Positions 1 through 13,992 of a DNA stretch of 64,000 nt are shown piece after piece. The notes beneath the pieces were generated by a model, which had not been told where the DNA came from, ran no database searches, and saw only the letters and a program-made list of their open reading frames with translations. Source of the DNA: Antedon mediterranea (taxonomy: Eukaryota; Animalia; Echinodermata); the NCBI RefSeq assembly GCF_964355755.1, contig NC_092675.1, positions 21,424,912-21,488,911 of the forward strand, given 5' to 3'. Numbering within the stretch: the stretch's first letter is position 1; the number at the start of each line of letters is the position of its first letter. The position numbers and the translations under genes were made by a program.

Positions 1-23
1 GGATTGGTATCCAGTTCCAGGAG
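1..23 (+). CDS. CPE: M14B carboxypeptidase (CPE-like), 3' part of an internal exon cut by the window edge
   Basis: Reads D-W-Y-P-V-P-G from base 2, then g|gtaagg donor (phase 1). Joins in frame to 2953 to give WYPVPGGMQDTNY, matching the M14B WYxVxGGMQDxNY motif. Confidence 0.85.
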
Positions 24-2952
24 GTAAGGAAAAAATGTTAACAACAGTGCAATAACAGATTTTATCAGACCTCCCCTCCCCTAAAAGCCTGATGACACCT
101 ACAGTAGGGTTATATATGAAAGTATGCTGTTGTAATAGTAGACCTACATTGTGTTGATAAAAACTTGTGTGTTTTAAATTACTAAAATACAGTAACCGTT
201 TATAAAAATATGTTTTAAAAACTTTAAATGACCAGTCCCAGAAAACAAGGCAGTTGTTGATAATGTCAAACTGATTGATGATGAAGATAATGATGATGAA
301 GAAGATATACAGATAATATGCAGTTGTCATATTCATTTTATGACTGTGGGCATTGATTGATTTTTATTTTTGGATATGTTATGATAAGATTCCATTAATA
401 AAAGAAATTATTATTTTTAATGGTGCAAGTAGTGATAATGATAATTGCTTTTTTTATACTTAAGAGAATAATATTTCTTTTACTTCTACTAATATTTCTA
501 CTACATTGGACAGACGAAATATATTTACAGTACAAATATTGATTTGGAAAAAAGATAATAGATTGTTGGCATTTAGCGTAAACTAATGGCTTACTTAATA
601 GTCTGTTGGATAAAAGATTGCAGCAGATAGTGATAATAATGATCTGAAACACTGCAGTTGCCATGCATCTATATCCCCCAAGGGAGACTTTAATGTTAAA
701 TAATTTCTGTCTCATTGTTTAAAGAAATTCTTATTATTTTCAAAGTTAATGACAGTTTTTCTAGAAGATTCACTAGATAATTGTAGACAAAATAGTGTAA
801 AAGATGAATTTTAGGCTCTATTTTTGCCATCAAAATAAAATTCATGCGTACTCTGTAAAAATTCCTGTACTAGATATGTTGAATGCTGTATGGTTTATAC
901 AGACTTTTGCTATTGAATGCATATATATATGTTGTATTGAAATGACTGGAATTTTATGCTGGGAAGAGTTTAAGCTTCATTTTAATTGCCCCAGGGTGGG
1001 GTGGAAGATTGGTGGCTATATGATAATGAGTGGATAGAAATAGATAGGATAGAATAATACATTTTGAAAACCACCTGGTTTGGAGTTACTATTTTTACTA
1101 GTAGAAAATAGAATTCTTTTAGTCTTTAAATTTAAATCTTCTGTATTAACATATGAGAGGAAGCTTAAGATAAACTATGTTAGAGCTCTCAAAACGCTGA
1201 CAGGACATAAACAGATCAAAGTCAAAATCAAACACAAACCCTGAAGGATTTAACACTGACGTAACATTTTGTTTACATCTTATGAAATCTATGATTAAAA
1301 TAAATTCCTCTGTAATACAATGCGAGAATTTTAATTACGTTGGGGGATTGGAAATTTGTTATACACGTTGTTTACAGTTGTTTTTTCTTGCTCGTTTCAT
1401 TATTTTATGTACTGATGTTTACCATGAGGTTTATTCGTTATTCATAACAAATTAAACTTTACAGAACTTTACAGATTTCACATTGTAATTCTATTCTTCT
1501 TACATCAACCATTTCAAGTATAAATGTACAATATTTACAAATACAGAATCATACATAAATTACTGTAATAAATTATACATATATTTTATACATATAACAA
1601 GAAGAATCTACAATAATAATATCGAACAGTTATAAACCGCTCTCGCAATGTCTATATAGCGAAGTTGTCAATATTTTTTCAACAAATTTTTGCATATGAT
1701 AATTACATGAAATATTCGGTAATCCATCAATACATTTGATATTAACAAAACTGTAGTGAGAAAATGTAAATTTAAATATTGTAGTTAGATATACTGTAGG
1801 CCTATATATTTATTTAACAACGAATAGAAAGTGAATAAATATTTTTGATTCATAAATTCAGTAAAATAATAATGATAAAAACATACATTTCAAGTAGTTC
1901 AAAAGATCAATATATTTTCATAACATATATTTTATCAAGATAGAAATTAGATTGTAAAGTTATTTATATCAAAAAGAAAAACACAATGTGAGAATAATAA
2001 ACACTGGCGCATATTGATACTTGGCGGGCTTATCATTATAATCTGTATTCATGACAAATAGCCATGGAGATACCGCTGACGTACGTTTATGTTTACAATG
2101 CTCTTGCAAGCCAAGCTTGTATTAAAGCTCTTTCTTGTAATGTAATGCCCGTGTAATAATGAATCCTTGGATAATATGTCATAGATGATAATATGTAAAC
2201 ATTTTTGGATGCATGTTATTGACTTAATGAATTTTTAGTACAAATTTAGAAACATTTCACTTACTGTACTTGATTTTTAGTAGGAATTTAGAAATATTTT
2301 CATATTACTTACTTATTTCCGCATCTATAAAGTAGGCCTATACTGATGCATTGTATATAATATTTAAATCAATGAAGAATTCAAATAATCTTTCTATTTT
2401 GTAGTGGTTATCAAACCAAATCATCTGAAATTTTATTTAAAAGATTGAATTGAATAATTAAATTTCTCATGGATCACAACCACAAACAATGATGCTTATA
2501 TATATTATAATAATAATAATTCAAAGACATGTAAGCACTCTGGGTTGAGAGAATGTAAAAGATATGTGGTAGGTCTGCTATGATAACATTCTGATGATGA
2601 AAAAGGACACAAGACTTTCATTCTTACTGCTTACAGACTCCAGTTCTCTCTCCCCCACCCCCCACCTGCAACTAGATTATAAAACAACTTACATGATCAA
2701 GTATTTTAATTTTGCTATTTATCATTAAAACGTAAGAGCGTCTAATGATGTACAATGTTCAATTATATCCAATGGAAATCTTTTCTTCAGTTATTTTATA
2801 TCCTTCAAATAACTGCTACGATGGATGAATGAATGAATACCAAAGACATACACATTTAATTTATATCGTATATTCTCTTATGACTGTATAAAAATGTACA
2901 GTGACGTACAACAAACCATATTAAAATTTATAATATAATTTTTTCTTCATAG

Positions 2953-3092
2953 GCATGCAAGATACGAATTACATGTACACTAACTGCTTTGAGATCACAC
3001 TGGAGCTTGGTTGCAATAAGTTCCCTCCAGCAGAACAGCTACCTCAGTTTTGGGATGACAACAAAAACGCACTTATAAAATACATGCAAATG
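2953..3092 (+). CDS. CPE: M14B carboxypeptidase (CPE-like) exon containing the catalytic Glu region
   Basis: Acceptor ttttcttcatag, donor atg|gtactg. Encodes GMQDTNYMYTNCFEITLELGCNKFPPAEQLPQFWDDNKNALIKYMQM; the CFEITxELxC motif retains the general-base Glu. Confidence 0.93.
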
Positions 3093-3120
3093 GTACTGTC
3101 AGTCTTTCTTATATTATATA

Positions 3121-3278
3121 CAGTAGTTTACCCTTCCTTTCAGATTCCCTAGTTAAGGGGACACCTTTCTGTGAACTGAGGGGTGTAAATTATATGTAAA
3201 CATTTAAGTGGGTAGGCCTACCTTGTTCAAGTGGAAACTTTGTATGGTTCCATAGTTGTCCCCTTAAAAGAAGTACTA
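3121..3278. mobile_element. Degenerate copy of the CAGTAGAA/GGGGACAC MITE family
   Basis: Starts ta|cagtag, contains ttaaggggacacct and the inverse tgtccccttaaaagaag, as in the copies at 10645, 61353 and 63103. Confidence 0.5.
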
Positions 3279-3782
3279 TATTTCAAGTAGAATAAAGTTA
3301 AACTGGTACCTACTGTACATTACATCTATAGTAGCAGGAAGTTGAAATAAACTAGAGTTTGGAATGTCATCATTCAGAATAACTATTTCTACAGTAGGCC
3401 TACTGTTTCACCACATAATAGAAGCATCACTGCTCACCATGATATTTAGGATGGAGGATGGTAGGACCACCTCATGCATCCAAATTTAAAATTTGTCATG
3501 GAATAAAATGAAAATTAAAAACATTCAGAATTGTGTTGAATTTGATTAAAGATGGTAGGATAACAACAGCACCAAAAACCAAAAACTTATTAATTTGGGT
3601 AATGTGGTGTTGTAATTTCCCTTCTGGATCTTCACCTACCTCATGTAATTATTGTGAACCCATAGTTCTTATTAAACCCCTTTTTTTCAATTATTTTACT
3701 TAAGTATATATAATACTAATAAATTATAATCTCTATAGATTTTTAATCACCTTCGTTACACCTCATTATTTTCTTTAATTAG

Positions 3783-3882
3783 GTTCATATTGGCATCAAG
3801 GGCTTTGTAACGGCTGAATCAGGCGATGTGCTTGAAAATGCCGTCATCAGTGTTAAAGGAATCAACCACGATATAACGACAG
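3783..3882 (+). CDS. CPE: M14B carboxypeptidase (CPE-like) exon, start of transthyretin-like domain (absent from the ORF track)
   Basis: Acceptor tttaattag, donor cag|gtaaga. Encodes VHIGIKGFVTAESGDVLENAVISVKGINHDITT. Phases (0 in, 1 out) fit both neighbouring exons. Confidence 0.93.
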
Positions 3883-4474
3883 GTAAGAATCATGTCTTAC
3901 GACATAAGGATTCTCGGTCATGCGAACGACAATACAAGATTTATCGTCCTTTATGGACGTAACATAAACCTATGATATATACTTTTACAATTAGTCAATT
4001 AATACTTTATTTACTATACTGTATTTTCCACATTCAAGTATAGTTTGATTATTATACAAATAATGACTGTTTATTAGTTGAATGGGGAGAATATATTTCT
4101 AAATATTGACTGAAATATTCTCCCATTCTATGACAAACGTATCAGTACTGGGGTTCCAAAGGAAATTTGTGTTCAATAATAATTCGTTGCTTCTATCTTT
4201 AATCACTATCGATGGCTATGTTGAAGTATGATACAAAAACTGAAATAAATCTATAATATATATACTGTACAATATTTACATGAATTAGATACGTAAAGGC
4301 TATCAAAAAGGTTGCAGAGTAAAACAGTTATAGATAGACTTAATAGAACCATTCAAGATAAATTTTATTGTAAAATAGAAATATGTACAGTAATATTGAA
4401 TGACACAAAATACAAAATTAACCGTAGGTAAGAAACATGTAGTTGAAAAGTGTAACATTTCATCAGTCCACAGC

Positions 4475-4639
4475 CAGTGACGTAACATAGAGACCTGATC
4501 AGTACCCCTGGTTTAGGAACCCTAAGTGGCCCTCTCAATGCTGGAGGCATTTAGCCTTTTCGACATATTTTAATGCCTGCTTTTTCTCTGGGGAGCCCCT
4601 GGGTTTAGCCAGTGAGGGATCATAGACGTTACGCCACTA
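4475..4639. mobile_element. hAT-like MITE (165 bp) in the last carboxypeptidase intron
   Basis: Termini cagtgacgtaac ... gttacgccacta are inverted repeats; flanks tccacagc / ttcacagc form an 8-bp target duplication (7/8 match). Confidence 0.75.
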
Positions 4640-4737
4640 TTCACAGCACCAAAAGCAATGATCATTGGAATAGCACTTTACAAATACAAATTATTATTAT
4701 TAATGTAAGCTTTACATTTTGATTTTATATCTTATAG

Positions 4738-4940
4738 CTCCAGATGGGGATTACTGGAGATTACTAGTACCAGGGAACTACAAGGTAACCGCATCTAAAC
4801 CTGGTTATCTACCAAAAACCAAAATGTGCCGCGTAGAAGATACACTAGAAGCTACTCACTGCAACTTTGTACTTACAAGTCGGATGTCCGATCTTGAACA
4901 AGATATACTTCGTGAATTGAGGGAATGGGACAAGCAATAA
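4738..4940 (+). CDS. CPE: M14B carboxypeptidase (CPE-like) terminal coding exon
   Basis: Acceptor cttatag; encodes APDGDYWRLLVPGNYKVTASKPGYLPKTK...LRELREWDKQ*. No transmembrane segment (CPD) or GPI signal (CPM) at the C-terminus, so CPE/CPN type; DGDYWRLLxPGNYK is closest to CPE as I recall it. Confidence 0.92.
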
Positions 4941-5782
4941 TGAGAAATTAAAAGAAATCTATTTATTCGTCAATGTTTTAGATGTGTGTGTTATTGTATT
5001 GAGACCCACCGTTTATTTGTGTTCATTCTAATTAATGTTAATATTTTGGATATGTAAATGAGGTTATTTTTTAATGATCTCATTTATATATATTCTAAAT
5101 AATGTATTTACATACAGGTAATATTATTAAGCAAGGGAATAAACAAGGGCACACAAACAGTGTGAATATGAGGTCATTTTATGATCTAAATTAAAATTTA
5201 CATACAGGTATTATATAAATAAACATACGTAAATGAGGTATAATTATCTTAATAATATAAATTAAAATTTGCAAAAGATGCTGATAAACCCTTGTACAGG
5301 AAGGTGGGTGAGGGGATACCTTGCATGAACAAATGAAACTTACATTTTTAGATCATACTATAAAACAATTGTGCACTAAAGTCTATAAATCATAGACTCG
5401 CACCTCACAGTGATCGACTCTTATTACTTACATGATTTTGTGAAAAGCTAAGTCTTTAGCATTTATATGCTGATACAAGCTTAGACAATATGCCTATTCT
5501 GTTTTTATTTACACTTAATTCAGAAAAAAAAAATTTTTACTTTGGCCCTTCCATATGTATCATAGATGGAATGACATCGGCGTCATAATTATTCAGAAAT
5601 CAAGTACGGAGTCTATGCTGATTAGCTGTCACGCACGTATTGATTGATTAATACACAATGATGCATTTCTTGCTAACCCATGTATGTTGCTAGTTTTTTA
5701 CAATTAGAACTTCATGCTCAAGGTATTGGATTTGCCAATTGAATCGATATTCAAACATGTCCACAATACATGGGTAGTTTAA

Positions 5783-5903
5783 ATCTCTGTCTACACTATC
5801 AAACTTTATATGACAACAAAAATGTGATGTGTTCATATATGGAGACGATGATGTCATATCACTACCATATTTGTCAAACTAGTTTGATAGTGTAGACAGA
5901 GCT
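5783..5903. mobile_element. PIF/Harbinger-like MITE family A (AGCTCTGTCTACACTATCAAACT TIR), copy 1
   Basis: 23-bp TIRs, TAA on both flanks; homologous copies at 8322, 26178 and 60241. Confidence 0.85.
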
Positions 5904-5914
5904 TAATATATATA

Positions 5915-6222
5915 ATATTTATTTTATTTTTTTTTTATTTTATTCAATTTCCAGGTAACATACAAAAATCATAAACAAGGTACGGCATCATTCAACAAAA
6001 CAGAACAAAAGTACTATCAGCACCTGCGGGTAACCAAAAGTGGATCAGTTCAAAAGAACTGCACTGTCGAGTGGCTTTCCCAACTAATAATACGAAAAAC
6101 GCAATAGACATAAAAACACAGTGATAGTCTAGATGAATTCGATATCAGTAATACATTTTTTCAAATCCCTTCTAAACCCCCCAAAGTTAAACAGGACTTT
6201 GTTTTTGTACTGTGGAAATGTA
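5915..6222 (-). mobile_element. 5'-truncated LINE 3' end (CR1/L2-like)
   Basis: Minus strand ends an ORF as ...FNFGGFRRDLKKCITDIEFI* (LINE ORF2 C-terminal FxxxLK pattern), followed by a ~190-bp UTR and a gaataaaataaa A-rich tail. Confidence 0.5.
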
Positions 6223-8321
6223 ACTAAAAAAAGGAGGGGTACCTTATATATTAATTCATCTACTATTTGTCTAATTTAAATAATTTGTATTCAATACGTA
6301 TAGGCCTAGGTTAATTTTAAGTTTTTTTTTAAATTCTGATACAATTTCTTAACAGCAAATAATTGGTATAGGCCTATTAAAAAATGGTTATTGTTTCATA
6401 GTTTAAACCTGAATTGCAATAGACCTTATGGATTATTGAGGTCATTTACACACAATCTCAAGAGAAATCTTAAAAGATCCTGGAAATCAATTCCCAGACA
6501 TAATTTACTATTCCATTGCTTCCCTTCATGATTCGGCAAACTCTTTGTCTTGGTAAAAATAAATTTCTTAAAACAAGTTTGATTGAACCCAAGTTGCATT
6601 GAGAATTGGAGAGAAATTGAGATAATTTGAGCATTATCCTGGCAAACAATTCTTGCATACACGTTGACCTAATAATTACTTCTTAACTGCATGATAAGGC
6701 AAAGCCTTTGTTAGAAGAAAAATAATTAAAAATTTGAAGTTTTAGTAAAAAAAAATTTAATCAGGAGAAAATAGTGATTGTATGCTTTCTGTTACATAGA
6801 ACCCTCCCTCCACCTTTATTTAGCAAGGGAAGCTGGTGACATCTGAGACACTGTGTGAAATGACCAAGGAAACTATGGGTTTTAACACTATGGCCAAAAT
6901 ACCAGAGATATGATTCATGTCTGCGAAACCAATTTAATATTCGGTCTACTGCCTCTAACCTGTATTTCTTGCTTCAATTCATAATTTTGAATTAATAATT
7001 AAAAATTTAAACTATAAAAAGCAGCTATATCAAAATGGTTGCAAATTGGTAATGAAAAAAAGTATTAAAAATTATACAAAATATTAAATATAATTATGAT
7101 AGTTTGACTATTTTAAATATATGTAAGAAATGTTCCTACATGAAATGTAGTTTTGTTGAATAGAGAATATATATTCAGAATTTTTTTTGTATATAATGAT
7201 CACAGAGGTTAATTAATTTTAGTTTAACATAACGGAACAATATGTTTCAAAAGATAAAATCATTGTTCTATGAACAAAGTATTATTTTGATCTGTTTTTC
7301 AATTTTCATTCATAAGCAGAAGCGAAAACACATAATTCCCTAAAGATTATTGTGAATTACGCTAGCTGTCTATATTGGTCTTGACGTAATCTTCAACCGG
7401 AATGAAATCACATGTATTTTTGTAAACAGCATGTCATAACTGTACAGTTCACAAATTTGTTAATTAGGCCTATTCCCATATCTAATTATATGTCCAAATC
7501 GTTTTTTTATTCATAGAGAAACACAATCGATTTTCCTAGATTTTGTAACGTAACCACAGCAATTTTGATTGTATGCTTAATAATTAACGTGGAAACAAGT
7601 TTGTTTCACTCGTAATTAATCTCAGATGTTATAATTAATGTAATGACATGTTTAATTTAATGAATGTTAGAATAAAAATATTTGGAGCTAGAAATGGAAA
7701 TTACTGTTTTCAATTAAAGAGTCAAAATTTCTATTATATTTAAAATATAAATCTTAGCAACGACATTGATAACCTCACAAGCTTCGTGAAATAAGTCCAG
7801 AGGTGTTTTTTTCTAGTGGTAAAACTTATAGGAAATTTATTAAAATCTACTCTCACTTATATTATAAGTATTTGAGGCATTTTCATTAAAGAAAAAGGTA
7901 TATAAATCAAAACAAACAGTTACCTGGTTTTACAACATTTTGTTCTAATCTCTGCAAATTATTATCGTTGTTGCAAATTAAGGTTTATTTCTTATTTTTA
8001 AAAAACAACTGAAATTTGAAATCCAGGAATATGCTTTATTAATGTTTTCTGTTGGTGTAAATGAAATCTGTACTTTGAACTGAATGTGTATTTATCATTG
8101 AATATACACAGATTACAAGTATTGATGTGTTTTAGAATGAAAATTACAAACATGTTTTTATTTCATTTTAAAGAAAGTTGAACTCTCATGTTTACAAACT
8201 CACCGTTATAAATTATGTAAAAGAATATATATTTTTGTAGCTATTGTAATCATAGGGAAGAAATATGGGTGTTAGTATAAGGGGTCTACATATTTGGTAC
8301 TGCTCGTAAGATGGATTCTTA

Positions 8322-8451
8322 AGCTCTGTGTACACTATCAAACTAGTTTGACAAAAAAGGTGTGATGTGCCCAAATATGGTAGTGATATGACATCATCAT
8401 TTATATATGGGCACATCACAATTTTTTTGTCACATAAAGTTTGACAGAGCT
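8322..8451. mobile_element. MITE family A, copy 2 (opposite orientation, one TIR partly deleted)
   Basis: agctctgtgtacactatcaaact ... gacagagct with TTA on both flanks; interior is the reverse complement of the 26178 copy. Confidence 0.85.
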
Positions 8452-10644
8452 TTAAAAGAGCAGTTTGTAGTGGTTGCAGCGGTTTAATGTGGAGATCTAT
8501 TCAACAATGAAACATCTCATATTCTTGTGTGGATCATAAGACTTTGGTTTTAAATCTATTTGTGTTTGGTTGATAAAATGTACTACTAATGTAAAAATAT
8601 TATGTATAGAAAAATCTATGGTGCAATAAATGTGCTCCTGTAAAGTACAAGGAGAACGTAAATTATATTGAAATTAATAAGGCCAAATTAAAAAAGGTTA
8701 GTTTCACATCGAAGAAAAGACTTTTGTTATCTATGAGGAACTTGGGCCTTAATCTTTTTGTGTGATTTACTAACATGAGGATCATAGTTTTAAAGTCCAG
8801 TTGCTGTTTACACACCTTGGAGCACTTGGCGACTGCGATCACGCAATTTTGCACAATCTTTTTTTTTACTGATCATAAGACGATCATTTAAAAAATATAC
8901 AAAATAGCAAATAAGTTTTAAAAAAATGTGAGCCTTAAAAAATTTGATGATAGAGTGAAACGACCATTTATTTTATTTGGCCTATTTAATATAATTATTG
9001 TGTTGTATACATTCTATTAGAGGGTTCTTCTATGTTGTGTAAGCTGTTTGGTTGATGGAGCTAAAAATAAGAAAAAATATTGTGACACTGTTCATTCCAT
9101 ATTGTTGTCTGGTGTTTATAATAAATCATTATATGATTTGATAATTGTTGTTTACGATTATTTTTTTTTCCATTGTCAATCTCAAATGCAGTAGGACCCT
9201 TACTTTCGGGGCATTTTTATTATGGAAACACTTTCCTCTGAAACGAACATGAGAAAGTATATGCTTAAATTTAACACTGGCTGAATGGCTGAGCGGAAGC
9301 ATGTCAAATGGCCGAGAGATTAAAGCATGAGTTTACTGTACAGAGCCAACAATATCGGTCGACTCGCTTCTAGTTCTGGTGGTGGAACAAGTCTTGTATT
9401 ACCTGGTTCACAAAATAGCCCACCTATCTGATAGGACAGTGATTAATTTACTGTACTATAATCCTTGGCCATGTGCCTAAAGACATATAACATTTAATTT
9501 AATTCGTGTTGTTGCCAGAAATATGTGTGCTGCCCTCAATACTATACTGTAAAAACTACTACGGTATAGAGGGCAATGTGTTGTATTTGACATCCACCAC
9601 ACTACGTTACATGCATCAGATTAGACTAGTAAAGTTCGTTCATTCATATGAGGGCACACCTATGCGACTAATAATGATGAGTTGCACCTGCTTATTACCC
9701 GGTTTCAAACAGGCATAAAACAGTTGTTTGAATCATATGCGAGCTACAAGTGTTTGTATGATCCTCCTATATTGCTCTGATATAACTCCCAATAGGAGCC
9801 TGACCACCTTTCCATAGGTTTAGTTACGCAATACCTTTGCACTGAATTACAACGGGGGTATATCGGATGTAAGCGATGGATTAATTGAATACAACTTTAT
9901 TTTAGAATAGTTTGAATAAATGTTTTGTTTTCGTTGAATGGGGAGAATTATTTATGTTTATGAGTTGAAAGAATGACTTCTATTTAATGAGGCATAGCTG
10001 AGGATGATGGTTATATTTGTATGTGCAGTGGTGTTGAGTTTTCATGACCTTTGGTTTGGTTTTAATGCGTACAGTTCCTTGATGTTGGTATAATCCAGAT
10101 GAGTGGAATTACTGTAAAGATAAATACTGTAATGATAATCATGAAATGAAATTCATAAACATAATAAGCAATAACGACAAAATAAAATGACTTATTTATT
10201 AATCTTAGTTTTGCATACATGTAACAAAACAGGATGTATGCATTTTAATTATTACTGAGTAAATTTAACTCAATTAAACAGCATAGAATTTCCATAAGGA
10301 AACTTCCTAAAATTGATTTCTGTAGTAATATAATCCTTTAATAGGGTTTGTGTAAAATATTTTAAATTTGCCCTTACCTACTTGGATAATATTCATGTCA
10401 CTTGTCCTGAAAAATAATAATTTTAAAAACATTAAAGCAAATTAATTTGAAATTTTTGTATGTGGGATTGTTGAAATTTGTAAAATGTTTTGCTCAATAT
10501 AATCTTACATACAAAAAGTATTCTCAAATGTACTGAGTTGTTCAATTAAATCAGAGTTTGGGCAAAACATCTTCCGACTAATTTAACTCGCTCATTTAAA
10601 AGTCGCTTTACAACTTTGTAGTCTTAGTAATCTTGTTAAAAATA

Positions 10645-10788
10645 CAGTAGTATCTCTATTAAGTGGACACCTTCAGTACCCTGAAAAAGTGTCCCCTGAA
10701 TAGAGGTGTCCCTCAAATTAGTGTTGGCCGTAGTGTTAAACTTCTCCTTCTGTCATGGGGAAGTGTCCACTTAAAAGAGGTTCTGCTA
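10645..10788. mobile_element. CAGTAGAA/GGGGACAC MITE family (Tc1/pogo-like, TA flanks), unexpanded copy
   Basis: ta|cagtagtatctctattaagtggacac ... gtgtccacttaaaagaggttctgcta|ta inverted ends; internal gtgtcccctgaatagagg motif. Confidence 0.75.
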
Positions 10789-11577
10789 TAGATACAAAAA
10801 TAACATACTGTACATAAAGATGGCATGTTACCATTATTTAATGGATGAAACAATCTGTGTTTTAAATATGATGAATAAAGTAACCACTGGTTCATGTAAA
10901 TACCAGAACTGTTTGGATTTTGTATAATTACAATCAAGCTAGCTGTTCAAGCCATCGACGTAAAAACAACCATCATAGAAAAATAATTATGTATATAAAA
11001 AAAAAACATACACTATATAAACAAAATTAAAATATTTAGAATATTGTGATTAAAAAAAAAAGTATTGGTGATAACAAATTTGCAGGGGAAATAAAACATA
11101 CCAATACACCCAATGTAGAAAAGACAATTATTTGATTAAATAAATACTACGGAAAAACAGTATAGAAAAAATTGTCTTTAATGTAAAAAGATATTTGTAC
11201 ATCAGTTACAATAAAGCGAAGAATAAAAATATTTAAAACAAATTGATATTGGATACATGATAAGAAATAGTTTAAAACATAAAGAGCACCCTCTATTTGG
11301 TGTACAGTAGCACAACTTGTAGAATTTGATAATACAGTAATATATATATAGAGAGAAAACTTTACCAAAGTATGCAACTAGATTTGTATGATAGACAACA
11401 TGATTCAATAAACCTATATAACCAATAATAATAATGATACCACATTTATAGTGCCCTTTCATGGATAAACATCTTAAAAGAAACTATACATTCTCCCCTA
11501 AGGTCTTGTCAGTACAGCCAATTCCAACGCTCTTCCCTTTGTTCTTGACACTGGCTGTTTGTGAACTAGCACAACGT

Positions 11578-11697
11578 GTACCCCTTACTTATCTCTAAAG
11601 ATCTACTAGGTTCTTTAAAGTGCACATAGAAATTTTGTTTACACTGTACAGCGGTTTATCCTTATCAGAGAAGACTCGTTCTACCACCAGAACCCTT
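11578..11697 (-). mobile_element. Fragment of the Deu-domain-like SINE
   Basis: Reverse complement matches the core of the 57421 SINE (ggttctggtggtagaacgagtcttct ... gtgcactttaaagaacctagta). Confidence 0.75.
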
Positions 11698-13484
11698 GAC
11701 AACATCATATGGTAATAGATTACAGTTCCACTGTCTAACAAACGGATGCAAATGAATTGGCTGTACTGTATACTGTTAATATAATTATGTTTACATTGCT
11801 TGATATGTATTAAAAATGGATCTTAAATTTATAAATTATAAAACAATCTTAAAAGTGGTTTTACATATTGCGTCTCTCTATGAAATATTGATATGGTTTT
11901 GTTATTAAGTTAATATATGAGCAAGTTGTTTTTGTTACAGATATTTGTTTGTAATTTTATTTCAAGTTCTTGCGTTATTGCATAAACTGTGGTTCACACT
12001 AGTGGATTGTAATCTAGATTCAGGAGCGCACCGATCTGTGCGAGATCAGGATAGAGCGATTATCATCAGTTATAATGATCGTGAATGCTATTGGTTAGCG
12101 AATTTACCCCTGTTTCTTTAATATCTTAATCCCTCCCAATATTCCTTCATTGTCAAATAAGGGTTACAAGTAAAATTGATGCAGCAATTGTGGCCAAGTG
12201 TAAACAGAGCAAAGTTTAGATGAATTTTAATGCAATATCTGAACAAATCAAAACAATATCCAACATAACCTTACACTTTCTATAGATTTGATATGAACAA
12301 TCATTAGTCTTATTGTTATAGACAACATAAAAGGGTAATAAAGTATGAGATAAGTGTGAAAACATTGCAATTAGCAGGGTACTGTAGTTAAATTTGCTTG
12401 GATAAACTTTGATCTCATTATTGGACAGAACCAACTGTAACATATCAACATAGTTGTCTCATAAACATTATTCTTTGATTTCTACCAATAAAATATAATT
12501 ATGATATGTTGTCATCAATTCTAGTATGAAAATCATACTGTTACAGATACCAATATTAATGTATCTTGGCAAAATGTCATAATTTGTAGCATTCATAAAT
12601 ACAGTATACAAGTAGTGTTACTACTGTATTTTTGTAAAAATTATATTTTGATATGTGCCTTGCCATGCCCGTTTTGTATTGGCTTGTCCTTGCTTAAGGT
12701 AAGCATTTGTCCTAGGATTTTAATCTTTTATTTGATTGTGTTTTATTTTATTGAATAAAATTGGTTTAAATAAAAATAACATAAAGGTATTAAAACATTT
12801 GATTGAAAAGCTTTGCAGCAAACATATGAAAAATAAAGTATACAGTTAAACTTACTTGCAAAATTTAACCTTAATATCAGAATTACCAACTGACAAATCA
12901 GAAAACAAACTTAAAATTGGTTCTTGTTACATTTCCTAATAGGACACTAAAGAAATTATGAAATTTGAGAATTTCCTAGCAATATGATCTGATGCAACGT
13001 TGAAAAGATTAATAATTTGGATGAAATACATACATTTAAAAAAAATATTTAAACGTATTTTGCAATGAGAATTTGATCCATTGGAATAAATTTATAGTAT
13101 GGTATAAATACCAATACTTTAAATAATATAAATTTTACTAATATTTAATTTATTTTATTTACAAAAAATTTTAAAAATGATTTTCTAAAAATAATTTGTT
13201 TTGCATTTCTAGGAAGAGAAAATGTTCTTGTTATTTTCAAAACTTTGGTTGGCCTAAAAATCTGATCTAAATGTAATTTCAAAAGCGTTAATTAATTTGG
13301 AAACTTTTGAGCAAACAATTCAGATTTTAGAAGATTTTCTGGTTTAAAGGTCCAGTATTGTTAGAGTGGACTCCCTAAAGAGATTTTCCTACTGGTAGAG
13401 GGCTATTTAAATGTTCTAAATTTGAAATATTTATTATTCTAATGATTACCAGATTAAATTTTAAAAGGGTCAACCAAAAATTTC

Positions 13485-13992
13485 AATTATTTACCAATAA
13501 GTAATAAATTAAACATTTGGATTCGAATATCTAAATTAGTTGAGTGATTGGTAAATCCAACATTTTGAATAGATTATGAAATAGTGTGGTCAATCCAATA
13601 TTATGATATGATTATCAAAATTAGTTGCCAGAGTGGTAAATTAAAAATGTTGATAAGATTATCAAAATGAGTTGCCCGAGTGGTCAATCCAATATTATGA
13701 TAATTATGATTATAAAAATTAGTTACCAGAGTGGTAAATTTAAAATGTTGATAATATTATCAAAATTAGTTGCCAGAGTGATTATCTAATCAGAGAGTGG
13801 TCAATCAGGTATTCAGAGTGGACATTCGAATATTTGATTATATTATCTAAATTAGTTGCCAGAGTGATCAATGTAATTATCTAATCAGATTATCAAAGAG
13901 TGGTCAATCAGATTACTAAATCAGTTTCCAGAGTGGACATTCCAATATTTGATCATACTATTATTATCTAAAGTTTTCCAAAGTGGTCAACA
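13485..13992. repeat. Degenerate minisatellite, variable unit of roughly 35-60 bp
   Basis: Core aattagttgccagagtggt(c/a)aat recurs about ten times with attatc linkers. Confidence 0.8.

Noticed and set aside
395-715. Short ORFs in the track throughout the AT-rich regions
   Set aside because: Low-complexity I/F/K/N-rich translations, many inside introns or MITEs, with no motifs.
1183-2130. Possible element with agagct ends
   Set aside because: The inverted match is too short and there is no second copy in the window.
5391-5617. catagactc ... gagtctatg inverted ends (P-like MITE)
   Set aside because: Only 9 bp match and no flanking duplication.
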